Positions 29,478 through 39,844 of a DNA stretch of 64,000 nt are shown here, one piece after another (the first letter of the stretch is position 1; the number at the start of each line of letters is the position of its first letter). Both the position numbers and the translations under genes were made by a program. Under the pieces are notes generated by a model. The model saw nothing but the letters and a program-made list of their open reading frames with translations, searched no databases and was not told where the DNA came from. Origin of the DNA: a virus (Duplodnaviria; Caudoviricetes); IMG/VR virus record IMGVR_UViG_3300033463_000011, positions 128,001 to 192,000 of that record; one strand, 5' to 3'.

Positions 29478-31364
29478 ATGAGTACACCCGGACCTAATGT
29501 TATTAAGATATGTAAGAAATGTGGTATAGAATATCATCCTAAATCCTGTAGGCAACAATGTTGCAACAGACCGATTAAAACACCTTGTGTTGTTTGCGGT
29601 AAATTAATGGATCAAATATGTACATTTGCTGCACAGAATGAGACTTGCAGTATTGAATGTCAAACTATTTTGATTAAGCAGAAAAGAGAGGCTTCAGCTA
29701 AGAAAATAACTAAGAAGTGCAAATGGTGCGGAAAAGAATTTAGCCCAAATTCTGTTAGAGACGTATATTGTTCTGGACCTCATTATGCTACTTGTGAAGC
29801 CTGCGGTAAGCAATTTGAAATAGATGTTAAAAAAGATATAAATAGAAAAACTTGTTCAAATGAATGCAGATACATAATAGCTCAACAAAATACAGATAGA
29901 GAAGCTGTTGTTAATCATATGAAGGAAAACCTTAAAGCTAAATACGGCGAAGGGGTTGAAAATCCTATGCAAGTTCCTGGAGTTATTGAAAAAATAAAAG
30001 AGACAAATAAAAAGAAATATGGAACTGAATGGTATACACAAACTCAATCATACCGAGATTCAGTTAAAACAACATGTTTAGAGAAGTACGGCGTTGAACA
30101 TCATTTATCCGCAGGAGAAGTAATTGCAAAGAGAGCTGATACAGTTAAGAAAAAATATGGTGTTGATAACGTGTTTAAATGCGATGCGATTAAGAAACAA
30201 TCTAAACAATCTTTGTTAGCAAAATATGGTGTTGAGTATCCGAGTCAGTCTCCAGAAATACACAAGAAGCAATATATAAATAGAAAAAATAATATTGCAT
30301 CTGATGGTAAACTATTTGACAGTAGTTATGAACGGCAGTTTTACGATTTTTTGATACAATTAGGATATCAAGATATAATCCAAACACAAGTGCCTATCTC
30401 TTTTGAATATAACGGAAAATCTCATGTATTACTTATAGACTTTAAAGTAGGTGAGCTGCTATTTGAAGTTAAAGGATCGCATTTACTAGACGGTGTATAT
30501 GATCATAAACAAGTAATCCCTATTGATATCAAGCTTGATGTGTATAGGAAGAATCATGTTATCATAATAACAGATAAAACTGATAAAGTAGATGATATAT
30601 TTGGTAGACCTGATAGTTCTAAATCTAATGGATTTCGGTATCCAGAAAAATGTCAATATCCGCTTATAGGTATAGACATTGATTTATTTTCAGAACACCC
30701 CGAATTTCCATATGCTTCTGATAAGCCTAAATGTTTCTATAATGTACAAGTAGACGGAAATACAAGTACTTATGACGCCTTCTATGACCCTAAGATTCGA
30801 TGGAAAATGATTATCAACAGAATAGAATATGTTGGCGGATTTATAGATAATAAGCAAATATTGACTGCAATGAATGTTACTCGAACAAGTAAGCAACCTT
30901 CCTGGTTTTCTACAGAATACGCAGTTAATTTAATTCAAAAATATTGTACTTCTAATATAATCGTAGACCCATTCGCAGGTTGGGGAGCAAGATGTGATGC
31001 TTCCAGATATTTAGGTAAACAATATATCGGAGTAGATTTGAATTCAGAATTAGTAGATTGGCATAAATCTCTAGGGCGACCGATTGAATTAGGTGATGCT
31101 AAAGAATTTAAATATGATAAAGAATGTTCAGTGTTTATTTGTCCTCCATATGGTGATAGAGAAATCTATTTTGAAGGGCAAGATACAGAATTATCCGAAT
31201 GTCAATGGTTAAGTATAGTAATGAAAAATGTACCTAATGCAAGCGAATATGTAATGGTATGTAAGCAAGTGGACTCAGGTTGGGAAAAATACATAGTTGA
31301 AACGAAAGAAAACAAAAGTCATCTAGGGAAGAATATTGAATATGTTTTACTTGTCCGCAAATAA
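29478..31364 (+). CDS. Homing endonuclease-like protein (Zn ribbons, KYG repeats, PD-(D/E)XK) fused to an amino-DNA methyltransferase-like domain
   Basis: CxxC repeats; KYG(V)xN repeats; FDSSYE..IDF..EVKG; DPFAGWG (motif I) and CPPY (motif IV). Confidence 0.7.
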   Translation: MSTPGPNVIKICKKCGIEYHPKSCRQQCCNRPIKTPCVVCGKLMDQICTFAAQNETCSIECQTILIKQKREASAKKITKKCKWCGKEFSPNSVRDVYCSGPHYATCEACGKQFEIDVKKDINRKTCSNECRYIIAQQNTDREAVVNHMKENLKAKYGEGVENPMQVPGVIEKIKETNKKKYGTEWYTQTQSYRDSVKTTCLEKYGVEHHLSAGEVIAKRADTVKKKYGVDNVFKCDAIKKQSKQSLLAKYGVEYPSQSPEIHKKQYINRKNNIASDGKLFDSSYERQFYDFLIQLGYQDIIQTQVPISFEYNGKSHVLLIDFKVGELLFEVKGSHLLDGVYDHKQVIPIDIKLDVYRKNHVIIITDKTDKVDDIFGRPDSSKSNGFRYPEKCQYPLIGIDIDLFSEHPEFPYASDKPKCFYNVQVDGNTSTYDAFYDPKIRWKMIINRIEYVGGFIDNKQILTAMNVTRTSKQPSWFSTEYAVNLIQKYCTSNIIVDPFAGWGARCDASRYLGKQYIGVDLNSELVDWHKSLGRPIELGDAKEFKYDKECSVFICPPYGDREIYFEGQDTELSECQWLSIVMKNVPNASEYVMVCKQVDSGWEKYIVETKENKSHLGKNIEYVLLVRK

Positions 31365-31389
31365 AATTTAGATTTCACTTCAAAAATTC

Positions 31390-31419
31390 AGGGCTTCCGG
31401 GAAATCGGGAGCCCTTTTT
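31390..31419 (+). terminator. Intrinsic terminator
   Basis: AGGGCTTCCGG-GAAA-TCGGGAGCCCT-TTTT. Confidence 0.9.
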
Positions 31420-31508
31420 ATTTTGGTATTCTATATTTAAATTTACTACGATATATACTATAATAATGATCAATATATAATCGTTATTTAATTTAGGAGG
31501 ATATTATT

Positions 31509-33317
31509 ATGTTATATCATAAGATATGTGAAAAATGTAATTTACCTTTTGATACTACTAATTATAGAAAACGATTTTGTGATAGAGAGCATTATAGTAT
31601 ATGTAAGGTATGCGGTAGCAATTATTTGCTTACTAATGATCAGTTGATTAATCCTAATCAAAAATGTACATGTTCTAAGAAATGTGCTGCACAATTACGT
31701 AAGCAGACTAATTTAGACAAATATGGTGCAGAAAATCCTATGCAAGCAGAATCTGTTAAAGCAAAAGCAATAGACACTAATATGAAGAAATATGGGGTCG
31801 CTAATCCTATGCAGTCTGAAGAGATAAGGAGACGATGGGAGGATAATAATGAAAAGCGCACAGGATACAGGCATCATTGGGCTAATCCAGAAGTAATTGC
31901 TAAAAGCGAATCTACTTGGGAACTTAATTATGGCGAGAATATTAAACGACCACTTCAATCTGATAAAGTTAAACAACGTGCGATAGCTACATGTCTAGAC
32001 AAATACAGTGCAGAAAATCCTATGCAGAATCTAGATATTAAATCTAAAGCGCAGAATACTAATCTTATTCGATATGGAAGTAAGAATGTAATGGCTAATG
32101 ACGAGATTAGGAAAAGACAACAGAATACTATGTTAATTCGATATGGTGTTCCGTTTCATTCTCAGACTGATGCACACATATTATCAGTTATGCTGAATCC
32201 ATCAAGGTTATCGTTCTATCGTGAATTTCAAAGAGATCCTAAAGCGTTTATCCACAAGTACTTCAAAGAAAAACCTAGTTTAGATGAACTATATGAAATA
32301 ACTGGTGTAGGTCATGAAGCTGTTACTAATACTTTAGCTAAGTTTGATTGCAGAGACGAAGTAGCTTTTGTATATTCTACTATGGAAAGAGAAGTTATAC
32401 ACACGCTAAGAAATATAGATTCTAGCATAGTAATAGAAACAAATACTCATAAGATTATAACTCCATATGAAATAGACATCTATTTACCTGAATATAAGAT
32501 AGGCATTGAATGTAATCCGACTTCAACTCATAATTCTTCTATAGCTCTGTTTAATATAGATGACAAAAATGAACCTACTCCTAAAGGTTATCATAAAATG
32601 AAATCAGATTTAGCTGAGCAGAACGGGATATTTTTATTTCATATTTTTGGTTATGAGTGGAAGTATAAGCAAGAGATAATTATATCTATGTTGCAAAATC
32701 TTATTGGTAAGAATGAGAATAAGATATATGCGAGAAATACTGTGATTCGAGAAGTAGATAGTGTTACTGCAGTGCAGTTTCTTAATGCTAATCATCGCCA
32801 GGGCAGAGTATTTTCTCCGATTAGATTAGGTTTATATACTAAAGATACTAACGAATTAGTTTCTTTGATGACTTTCGGCAAGTTAAGGAGGACTATGGGC
32901 ACTAATAAAGAAGTAGGCGAAAATGTTTGGGAGTTAACTAGATTCTGCAACAAGATTAATACATCAGTAGTCGGCGGAGCAAGCAAGTTATTTAAGTATT
33001 TTGTAGATAATTATCAGCCAGAAGAAATTCGCTCATTTTCTGATAGAGCTCATACTAGAGGTAATCTTTATTCTACTTTAGGATTTACTGAATTAAGACG
33101 AAGTGGAGAAAGTTATGTCTGGATAGATCTAAAAACAGACAGAGCATTTCACAGAATTCATGCACAGAAGCATAACATAAAGAGATTCTTAAATGATTAT
33201 GATATAGATTTAAATAAAACAGAATTCCAGATAATGGAAGAACATGGATTTGTTTCATTATTTGATAGCGGAACAATAACTTGGCAATGGAAGCCTGATA
33301 ACCTTTTATGTATATAG
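31509..33317 (+). CDS. Hef/Vsr-like homing endonuclease with KYG repeats and a C-terminal GNAT-like domain
   Basis: KYGAENPMQ repeats; EIDIYLPEYKIGIECN..H; ELTRFC..VVGGASKLFKYF..SFSDR. Confidence 0.75.
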   Translation: MLYHKICEKCNLPFDTTNYRKRFCDREHYSICKVCGSNYLLTNDQLINPNQKCTCSKKCAAQLRKQTNLDKYGAENPMQAESVKAKAIDTNMKKYGVANPMQSEEIRRRWEDNNEKRTGYRHHWANPEVIAKSESTWELNYGENIKRPLQSDKVKQRAIATCLDKYSAENPMQNLDIKSKAQNTNLIRYGSKNVMANDEIRKRQQNTMLIRYGVPFHSQTDAHILSVMLNPSRLSFYREFQRDPKAFIHKYFKEKPSLDELYEITGVGHEAVTNTLAKFDCRDEVAFVYSTMEREVIHTLRNIDSSIVIETNTHKIITPYEIDIYLPEYKIGIECNPTSTHNSSIALFNIDDKNEPTPKGYHKMKSDLAEQNGIFLFHIFGYEWKYKQEIIISMLQNLIGKNENKIYARNTVIREVDSVTAVQFLNANHRQGRVFSPIRLGLYTKDTNELVSLMTFGKLRRTMGTNKEVGENVWELTRFCNKINTSVVGGASKLFKYFVDNYQPEEIRSFSDRAHTRGNLYSTLGFTELRRSGESYVWIDLKTDRAFHRIHAQKHNIKRFLNDYDIDLNKTEFQIMEEHGFVSLFDSGTITWQWKPDNLLCI

Positions 33318-33350
33318 CGAAACTTATTTTTGATAGGTAAAATACAGTAT

Positions 33351-34100
33351 ATGAAGATATACATAAAGAGCACCATATCAAATACTAGGAATTATGATCG
33401 TGTAAGGGCATCAAAAGTTACACGAGATTTTGTTATTTCTTTTTTCAATAAAAATAGCGTTGTTCTTTCTAGAAGCCAAATAAATGATATTGTATCCGGA
33501 ATTCTTATGTGGAAAAATAAGAATGGCCTTTGTTATCATCATGTAGATTTAAACCCCAGACATAATGAAATCTTAAACAATATTGTATTAATAACTAGCA
33601 GTGCTCACGGATATATTCATATACCTTCAGTTGAGTTGAAATTATATAGAAGATATCATCTAGTAATTCCAGGATATATTCAAGGTCCTAAAGCAGAAGA
33701 ACTAGAATTAAAAATGTATAATAACTTATTTGATGAACTTGGTGGATCCGCTAAATACTGTGTTTTGCAATTAGTTGAACCACTATTAAACTACGTATCT
33801 AATAATCCTTCATTTGATGCTAATGATATCTTAAATTATTTATCGGGGTGTAATATCATATGGATAGATAAACATATTATTGCAGATATTGTAAACAGCG
33901 TTGATTACAATAACACTGAAAATGTGAATTACGTAGATGAAGTAACGGGAGCTGAAATTTCTAATTTAATTGTATCCAAGTATGCAAATTCCGAAGATAA
34001 GTTTACACAGACTACAATACCATGCATATTAGATTTTATAAATTCTAATATGATGACACGAGAAGAAATTCTTAAATATTGCATCGAGTTAGACAACTAA
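33351..34100 (+). CDS. HNH-motif protein with MKIYIKS leader
   Basis: HHVDLNPRHN..NNIVLI...HGYIH; start reassigned to ATG 33351. Confidence 0.6.
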   Translation: MKIYIKSTISNTRNYDRVRASKVTRDFVISFFNKNSVVLSRSQINDIVSGILMWKNKNGLCYHHVDLNPRHNEILNNIVLITSSAHGYIHIPSVELKLYRRYHLVIPGYIQGPKAEELELKMYNNLFDELGGSAKYCVLQLVEPLLNYVSNNPSFDANDILNYLSGCNIIWIDKHIIADIVNSVDYNNTENVNYVDEVTGAEISNLIVSKYANSEDKFTQTTIPCILDFINSNMMTREEILKYCIELDN

Positions 34101-34134
34101 CAATTTATTTTTTTCATTAAATGATTAACAAACG

Positions 34135-34153
34135 GCCTCATTAACTTGAGGCC
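34135..34153 (+). terminator. Hairpin, possible terminator
   Basis: GGCCTCA-ttaact-TGAGGCC; weak U tail. Confidence 0.4.
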
Positions 34154-34214
34154 ATTATTATGTCCGATAAACCTTTTTTAATAGTAACATATATTTTATT
34201 AATGGAGAATTACT

Positions 34215-35144
34215 GTGAAAATATATTGTAGGACTGCGGATATGGAAAACAGCAACGACCGCAAGCTGATTGCAGATTTTGAAGAACAAGTTGCGCATTA
34301 TTCTGATGTAGTAACGCTTAAAATAGATAATGTTTATGATGCACATTCTGATGAATGCGATTTTGTTGTACATCCTGAAATTGGCTCAATTAATGTTCCC
34401 GGATTTACATTTACATTTGATGAAGATAATATGCATTGGTTTGCAACTTATGATAAATCAGGGCTTTCATTAGAAGTTCATTGGGTTTATATTAATCATT
34501 TAGATTATAGTATTGCTAACGGATTTGAGCTTTCTAATGATTTTGTCAGATGTATTTCAAAACAAGAAGAAGACATACAAGAAGTTTGTAGTAAGTTGAG
34601 AAATTTTAATTCGTATAAGAAATATCTCAGCAGAATTAAATCCGCAGTAGAGTCTAAGATTGATAATATATCTTTAGATGTAGAAACTTGCAATGAAAAT
34701 CCTGCAAATGTACCTGCAGCAGATTTTCAATTATACATAAACGGCAATCTATATAGAGATGGTAGAGGAAGATCAATATTTCCACTCACAGAGTCAATAT
34801 ATGATACAGATATAGCTTTTATAGTTAAAACTGTATCTAGATATGTTAATAAATATAAGAAAAATCCTGTAACAATGCGGTCAATGAGGGAGATGTATTC
34901 TATAGCTCCTAATGAAATTAAGAGCATTGCTAGTAGTTATAGATGGTGGATATGCAATGAGAAATGCGGCGGAGCTAATACTTTAGACGACGCACTAGAA
35001 TACGTTCTCAAAAGAACATTCAATAATTCTCGCTGTTGGTTTCACAATGACGAAAAAACTCCACAAGATTTAAACATATTATTTAATTACGCAAAAGAAA
35101 ATAATTTGTCAGTATCTGATTTCATAAAATTCTGTAGAGGATAA
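34215..35144 (+). CDS. Probable head-internal protein (MKIYC leader)
   Basis: GTG start, GGAG RBS, leader motif. Confidence 0.6.
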   Translation: MKIYCRTADMENSNDRKLIADFEEQVAHYSDVVTLKIDNVYDAHSDECDFVVHPEIGSINVPGFTFTFDEDNMHWFATYDKSGLSLEVHWVYINHLDYSIANGFELSNDFVRCISKQEEDIQEVCSKLRNFNSYKKYLSRIKSAVESKIDNISLDVETCNENPANVPAADFQLYINGNLYRDGRGRSIFPLTESIYDTDIAFIVKTVSRYVNKYKKNPVTMRSMREMYSIAPNEIKSIASSYRWWICNEKCGGANTLDDALEYVLKRTFNNSRCWFHNDEKTPQDLNILFNYAKENNLSVSDFIKFCRG

Positions 35145-35148
35145 TATA

Positions 35149-36162
35149 ATGAAGCGATATATAAAAGCAGTTGATATAACAGATGATTTTGTTACGCAGT
35201 TAAGACAAGCAATAAATTATTTGTTTAAATACACCTGCGATAAATATGGATTTGATTTGAGTAAAATCAGGATAGAAACGATCAAATTAGCAGAAAACTC
35301 CGTTAGAGTTTATTTCAGATATGAAAATAATTTATTAGATATTAGCCTTAAGATACCATTTGATGAGTCTGTTACGCTCGAAGAAAATTTATGGGCAAAC
35401 TGGATGATTGACGGTAAAAGTGATTATTATCCTGAAATGATAAAGGAGTTAATTGAGCATTCAGCACAGTTTAGCACGTATAGAGATAACATAATTTCTG
35501 CATACAATAGTATTGTAGAAATATTAAATAATTCTGAATTACTTGAATATTCGTTACAATTATCAACTCATTATAAAAATCGTGCTATAATATCTGGATT
35601 AGATGAGTTAAACGAATTCCTTGAGAGTACTGTACTTAGGCAAGGTAGTTTCATTAATTTTAAAGTAGATCCTATAAGAATAAAATATTATCCTAACAGA
35701 TTTTCAATAACTTTCGAAGACCCCGGCAATGGCCTTAATAGCCTTATCATTAAAGATAGTAAACATAATAACACAATTCAAATAAGTAGATGGCGATTAT
35801 GCGATATTGGAACCAGCTTTGCATATGGTAACAAATTTAATGCTTCTGCATTCGAGAACAAGGTAAAAATTTACGAAGAAGATTTCAAAGAATACTTGTC
35901 AAGATTGATACATCTAAACGCATACAACAAACGTATCGCAGAATTTATAGCTAAAGCAGAAAAAGCTATCCCCGGTATTGAAATAGATTATCAATCAAAT
36001 TATAACAACATTATATCACCGGAGTTCAAATATCAAATTTCATATCCCTCATTGTTTGGTTCATTAGATAGACAAATTGATGATATATTCATTGATGACT
36101 TGGATAAGGTGATTAAAAATCTAAAGGCAACTGTAGCAAGGTATAAGAAGTCAGCAAAATAG
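35149..36162 (+). CDS. Probable head-internal protein (MKRYIKA leader)
   Basis: Leader motif; similar to 36186. Confidence 0.6.
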   Translation: MKRYIKAVDITDDFVTQLRQAINYLFKYTCDKYGFDLSKIRIETIKLAENSVRVYFRYENNLLDISLKIPFDESVTLEENLWANWMIDGKSDYYPEMIKELIEHSAQFSTYRDNIISAYNSIVEILNNSELLEYSLQLSTHYKNRAIISGLDELNEFLESTVLRQGSFINFKVDPIRIKYYPNRFSITFEDPGNGLNSLIIKDSKHNNTIQISRWRLCDIGTSFAYGNKFNASAFENKVKIYEEDFKEYLSRLIHLNAYNKRIAEFIAKAEKAIPGIEIDYQSNYNNIISPEFKYQISYPSLFGSLDRQIDDIFIDDLDKVIKNLKATVARYKKSAK

Positions 36163-36185
36163 TTCGATATAGTGAGGAAGATTAA

Positions 36186-37250
36186 ATGAAAATATACGCA
36201 GCAAAGAAATTAACAGTAGATAAAGAATCATTAAAGCGTTCTATATTCTATTTATTTAATTATGTTTCTGAACAACTTAATCTAGAACCTGGTCAACTCA
36301 AGATAAAGAAAATGGAACTCTATAGAGGAGGACATGGAAGTCGAGTATACTATGTATTAGATATATATTATAAGATAAACGATATACTAGATAAGCTATC
36401 AATAGAGGATGTTCCGATGAATCAAGAAATCCCTGAAGATTTTTGGATAGATTATAAGAGATATCCTTGGTATAAAATATCTTTTAGCCAGGAATTTATG
36501 GAAACTATTGAAGATGAAGTTACTATAGATATAAATAAACTAAACGACGCATTTGAAGAGTTTAAACAAGTTATTAATACAAATTCAAATCAGATAATGT
36601 ATTCATTTAGTCAAAGCGAAACTTATCTTAGTGAATGCCTTGACCGAGAATATAGTAATGGTATATGGGCGTTTAGAGCAAATGTATTTGGTATCAATAA
36701 TCCAAATTTCAAATGCAAGAAATGCAGTTGGTACACGTGGGAAATAACTAAAATTGATACTGGAAAATCTATAAAGGTTCAATTAAATTTTAATAATATA
36801 TTTATTCACTATAATGTTATTAGTGGCCAATTTGTTGACGACAATGGAAACACAATAAATAATATATCAGAACACTTAGAAAGTCGAATAGACGAAAATG
36901 AGAGCAAAATACAAGAGGAGTTAAACAAATTCAGATATCAAAAAATGTATTATAGAAAGGTATCTGAAATTGATGAATATATAAATAGTCAATTAATTGA
37001 CGGGGCTGTATTTGTTGTAATGTCAGATATAGAAAAAATGCCAAATTTGTTATATGACGCAACACATGATGGCGCATCATTATGTAAATCAGATTACGGT
37101 GAAATAGAAGATGTTTTAACTGTCGATAAAGAAGAGCTAGATAAAGTTGTTAAAAGAATAAATACTTGGGTCAAGGGCAGAACATCTAGAAGTAAAAATA
37201 AAACTGCACAGGATGAAGAACGCGTAATCTACGAAGATTTAGACGAATAA
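36186..37250 (+). CDS. Probable head-internal protein (MKIYAA leader)
   Basis: Leader motif; similar to 35149. Confidence 0.6.
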   Translation: MKIYAAKKLTVDKESLKRSIFYLFNYVSEQLNLEPGQLKIKKMELYRGGHGSRVYYVLDIYYKINDILDKLSIEDVPMNQEIPEDFWIDYKRYPWYKISFSQEFMETIEDEVTIDINKLNDAFEEFKQVINTNSNQIMYSFSQSETYLSECLDREYSNGIWAFRANVFGINNPNFKCKKCSWYTWEITKIDTGKSIKVQLNFNNIFIHYNVISGQFVDDNGNTINNISEHLESRIDENESKIQEELNKFRYQKMYYRKVSEIDEYINSQLIDGAVFVVMSDIEKMPNLLYDATHDGASLCKSDYGEIEDVLTVDKEELDKVVKRINTWVKGRTSRSKNKTAQDEERVIYEDLDE

Positions 37251-37288
37251 CCTTTTATCATATAAATGAAAGCACAGGAGTTTTTGAT

Positions 37289-38176
37289 ATGCCTGAATAC
37301 ATAAAAGCAGCATTTGATAATGAAATTCCGTTTTGGTTAAGAAAAGATAAAGAAGCTCTCAGAGCACTTAATCGAAACGGGATAGATTTAAAGAAAGCAG
37401 AATATAGCATAAATAAAACAGGAAAAGCTGCAGACGATTTTGCAGTTTACTGTTTACAGCCTTATGAAGGGCATAGTAAATTAATAGTATGGATTCCGGG
37501 AATATATAATGACGATGAATATCTTGATGATCCGTATGATGATAAATATAAAGCAATCAAGTACATATCAAAGAAAAATCTCCCTATTAGAGATGTAGTA
37601 TACATTAATAAGAAATCGAATGCAAAGGAATGGAGAGATAAGTATAGAGATCCTAGATATACGTATCCAGATAATCGTCATGGTAGATATGCTGGTCAGT
37701 ACTATACGCCCCCTAGAACAAACTGGCGTGGGGAAGAAACTCCCGGAGAATGGAGTGAAACTGGAGAAAGGGTAAGATATGGAGAATATCGAGATAAATC
37801 TGGATATATTATTCCTGACCCTAAAGATAAACTTCTCGAATTTTATTCTTCAGACAAGGGCTATACAAGAATCAAAAAGAGACTTGAACAGGTTTATGCG
37901 GACCTAATTCAACTCCGCAAAGATTTATTTGACGTGGATTTTATGTCATTTGGGGAATACGAAGGTAGCACAGATTATATGAACATGTTGAATAGATTTG
38001 GCGATGTTTGTAGAGATTATAGATTGTGTATTAAGCGGTTGCAGGAATTTGAAAATCTTCCTGACACTGAGAAACAATACGGGCGATATTCTATTGAAAG
38101 CGTATTTGATGACTTAAGAAGCATGCTTGATGATATCAAGAGAATACGCAAAGCAATAGAATCAGGTAGATATTAA
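37289..38176 (+). CDS. Hypothetical protein (MPEYIKAA leader)
   Basis: AGGAG RBS; TAACCTTTTAT upstream. Confidence 0.65.
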   Translation: MPEYIKAAFDNEIPFWLRKDKEALRALNRNGIDLKKAEYSINKTGKAADDFAVYCLQPYEGHSKLIVWIPGIYNDDEYLDDPYDDKYKAIKYISKKNLPIRDVVYINKKSNAKEWRDKYRDPRYTYPDNRHGRYAGQYYTPPRTNWRGEETPGEWSETGERVRYGEYRDKSGYIIPDPKDKLLEFYSSDKGYTRIKKRLEQVYADLIQLRKDLFDVDFMSFGEYEGSTDYMNMLNRFGDVCRDYRLCIKRLQEFENLPDTEKQYGRYSIESVFDDLRSMLDDIKRIRKAIESGRY

Positions 38177-38197
38177 TATAAAGAGGAGTAACTATAT

Positions 38198-38452
38198 ATG
38201 AAATTTGATTTTTCACCTTATACAGGAATTAAAGCATCTGAAAAAGAAGCATCAAAAGATCCTCAGGAGAGGGTTGAAGATCAGTGCGATGCCATCGAAG
38301 CAGATTTTGATTTTGCGTTAGCAGGTATTGAAAAGTTAGCTAGAGATGGTGAGTATGAAGCTGCAAGCGATGCTGCAAACAAAATTCACGCAGTATTAAA
38401 CGAAGTTATCGCAGATATTGGAGATAACTTTACAAATGCTCAAGGGGTATAA
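38198..38452 (+). CDS. Small helical hypothetical protein (...IKAS leader)
   Basis: GAGGAG RBS. Confidence 0.65.
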   Translation: MKFDFSPYTGIKASEKEASKDPQERVEDQCDAIEADFDFALAGIEKLARDGEYEAASDAANKIHAVLNEVIADIGDNFTNAQGV

Positions 38453-38455
38453 CAA

Positions 38456-39088
38456 ATGAAACTTTATATCTATGCTGAGAGAGATTTACATGATAGTAAG
38501 CCTCATATATTTTATAGTGAGGATTTCAGTGATAACGACATCGGCAATTGTTATGAAGTACTGAAGACATTCTTTGTAGATTGGCTTAATGAAAATGACA
38601 ATCCTTTCTTGGATGACGAAATGGATCACTTTGTACGTCGTGTAGACGGAAAACCTGCTATTGTAATTCCTAAAGGTGATATTATCACTATAACAGATAT
38701 TGATAATGGCGCTTTTGAGTTTGAAGTTCCATTTAACTACGAATCAGATACTTTTAGGTTTTGGGTAGGCGATAAATATGATACTCCGATGTATTTAAGA
38801 TGCACTGAAAGTGAATTAGTTGCTTGTGATATAACTGCTAATGAATCTTTAGATACTTGTGACAAGTATCAAGTTAGACATTTCGCTGGCGAAGGATGCG
38901 GACTCTTGGATTATTTCTCTTCAGATAATTGGAGTGATATTGAAGAAAAAGCACATGAAATGATTTCCAAAGGCGGATACATAGAATTAGCTAACACTGA
39001 AAGCGGAATCATGCTATTGATGTCTCATGATAATTACTTTGATGAGTTTGAAGGTGAATTTCCTATTAAAGAAGAGTGGATGTATTAA
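38456..39088 (+). CDS. Acidic hypothetical protein (MKLYIYA leader)
   Basis: ORF with leader motif. Confidence 0.6.
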   Translation: MKLYIYAERDLHDSKPHIFYSEDFSDNDIGNCYEVLKTFFVDWLNENDNPFLDDEMDHFVRRVDGKPAIVIPKGDIITITDIDNGAFEFEVPFNYESDTFRFWVGDKYDTPMYLRCTESELVACDITANESLDTCDKYQVRHFAGEGCGLLDYFSSDNWSDIEEKAHEMISKGGYIELANTESGIMLLMSHDNYFDEFEGEFPIKEEWMY

Positions 39089-39457
39089 ATGAAGGTCTAC
39101 GTTAAATCGGCATTAGACAACTCAAACATTCCTGATGAAAATAAGAACGGTGACTGCTTCAAAGTTGCGTTTGAAGCGTTAACACGAAATCATAACACAG
39201 GTTATTTAGTACATGGAGTTGTAACTGGTAGAGGTGCTATTGAAGGATTACAATATGCACATGCTTGGGTAGAAGATGCTGGTGAAGTATTTGATAATAC
39301 ACTTCCTGATGGATTAAAACAACTTCCAAAAGAAGTATACTATGGATTAGCTAATGTTGTATTGACACGTAAATATAATTTTAAACAAGCATTAGAAAAT
39401 GCAGTTAGTACTGAAACATATGGACCTTGGGATAATGTATTTGATAATTATTATTAA
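39089..39457 (+). CDS. Papain/transglutaminase-like Cys-His-Asp protein (MKVYVKS leader)
   Basis: GDCF ... LVHG ... HAWVE ... VFD. Confidence 0.6.
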   Translation: MKVYVKSALDNSNIPDENKNGDCFKVAFEALTRNHNTGYLVHGVVTGRGAIEGLQYAHAWVEDAGEVFDNTLPDGLKQLPKEVYYGLANVVLTRKYNFKQALENAVSTETYGPWDNVFDNYY

Positions 39458-39466
39458 GGAATTCGC

Positions 39467-39826
39467 ATGAAAATATTTCTAAACAACTCTCCAGACAACA
39501 CACTTTACGATGATATAGCTGAATCATTATATGATTTAGGTTCAGTTGAATTTAGAGATTATTATAAGATACACGTAAATTTTGTAAATGATGAATGGAT
39601 AATCAATTGCGACCCAAAATCAAGCGAACTTCCTTCGTTAAAATTAACAACTATCGTTAATGAACATAATGGTGTAGAAGTATTAAGGGTTGAACCTGAT
39701 GAAATTGCTAAGTTTCCCAAATCAATTAGTTTCAACGACTATAATTCTTGTCTCGATACTGCAAATAAATATATAAATCTTATGGACTTTTTATCCGCAT
39801 TATATGATTTTGAATACGAATTATAA
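39467..39826 (+). CDS. Hypothetical protein
   Basis: ORF with RBS. Confidence 0.6.
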   Translation: MKIFLNNSPDNTLYDDIAESLYDLGSVEFRDYYKIHVNFVNDEWIINCDPKSSELPSLKLTTIVNEHNGVEVLRVEPDEIAKFPKSISFNDYNSCLDTANKYINLMDFLSALYDFEYEL

Positions 39827-39844
39827 CAAACGGGAGGATATTTC

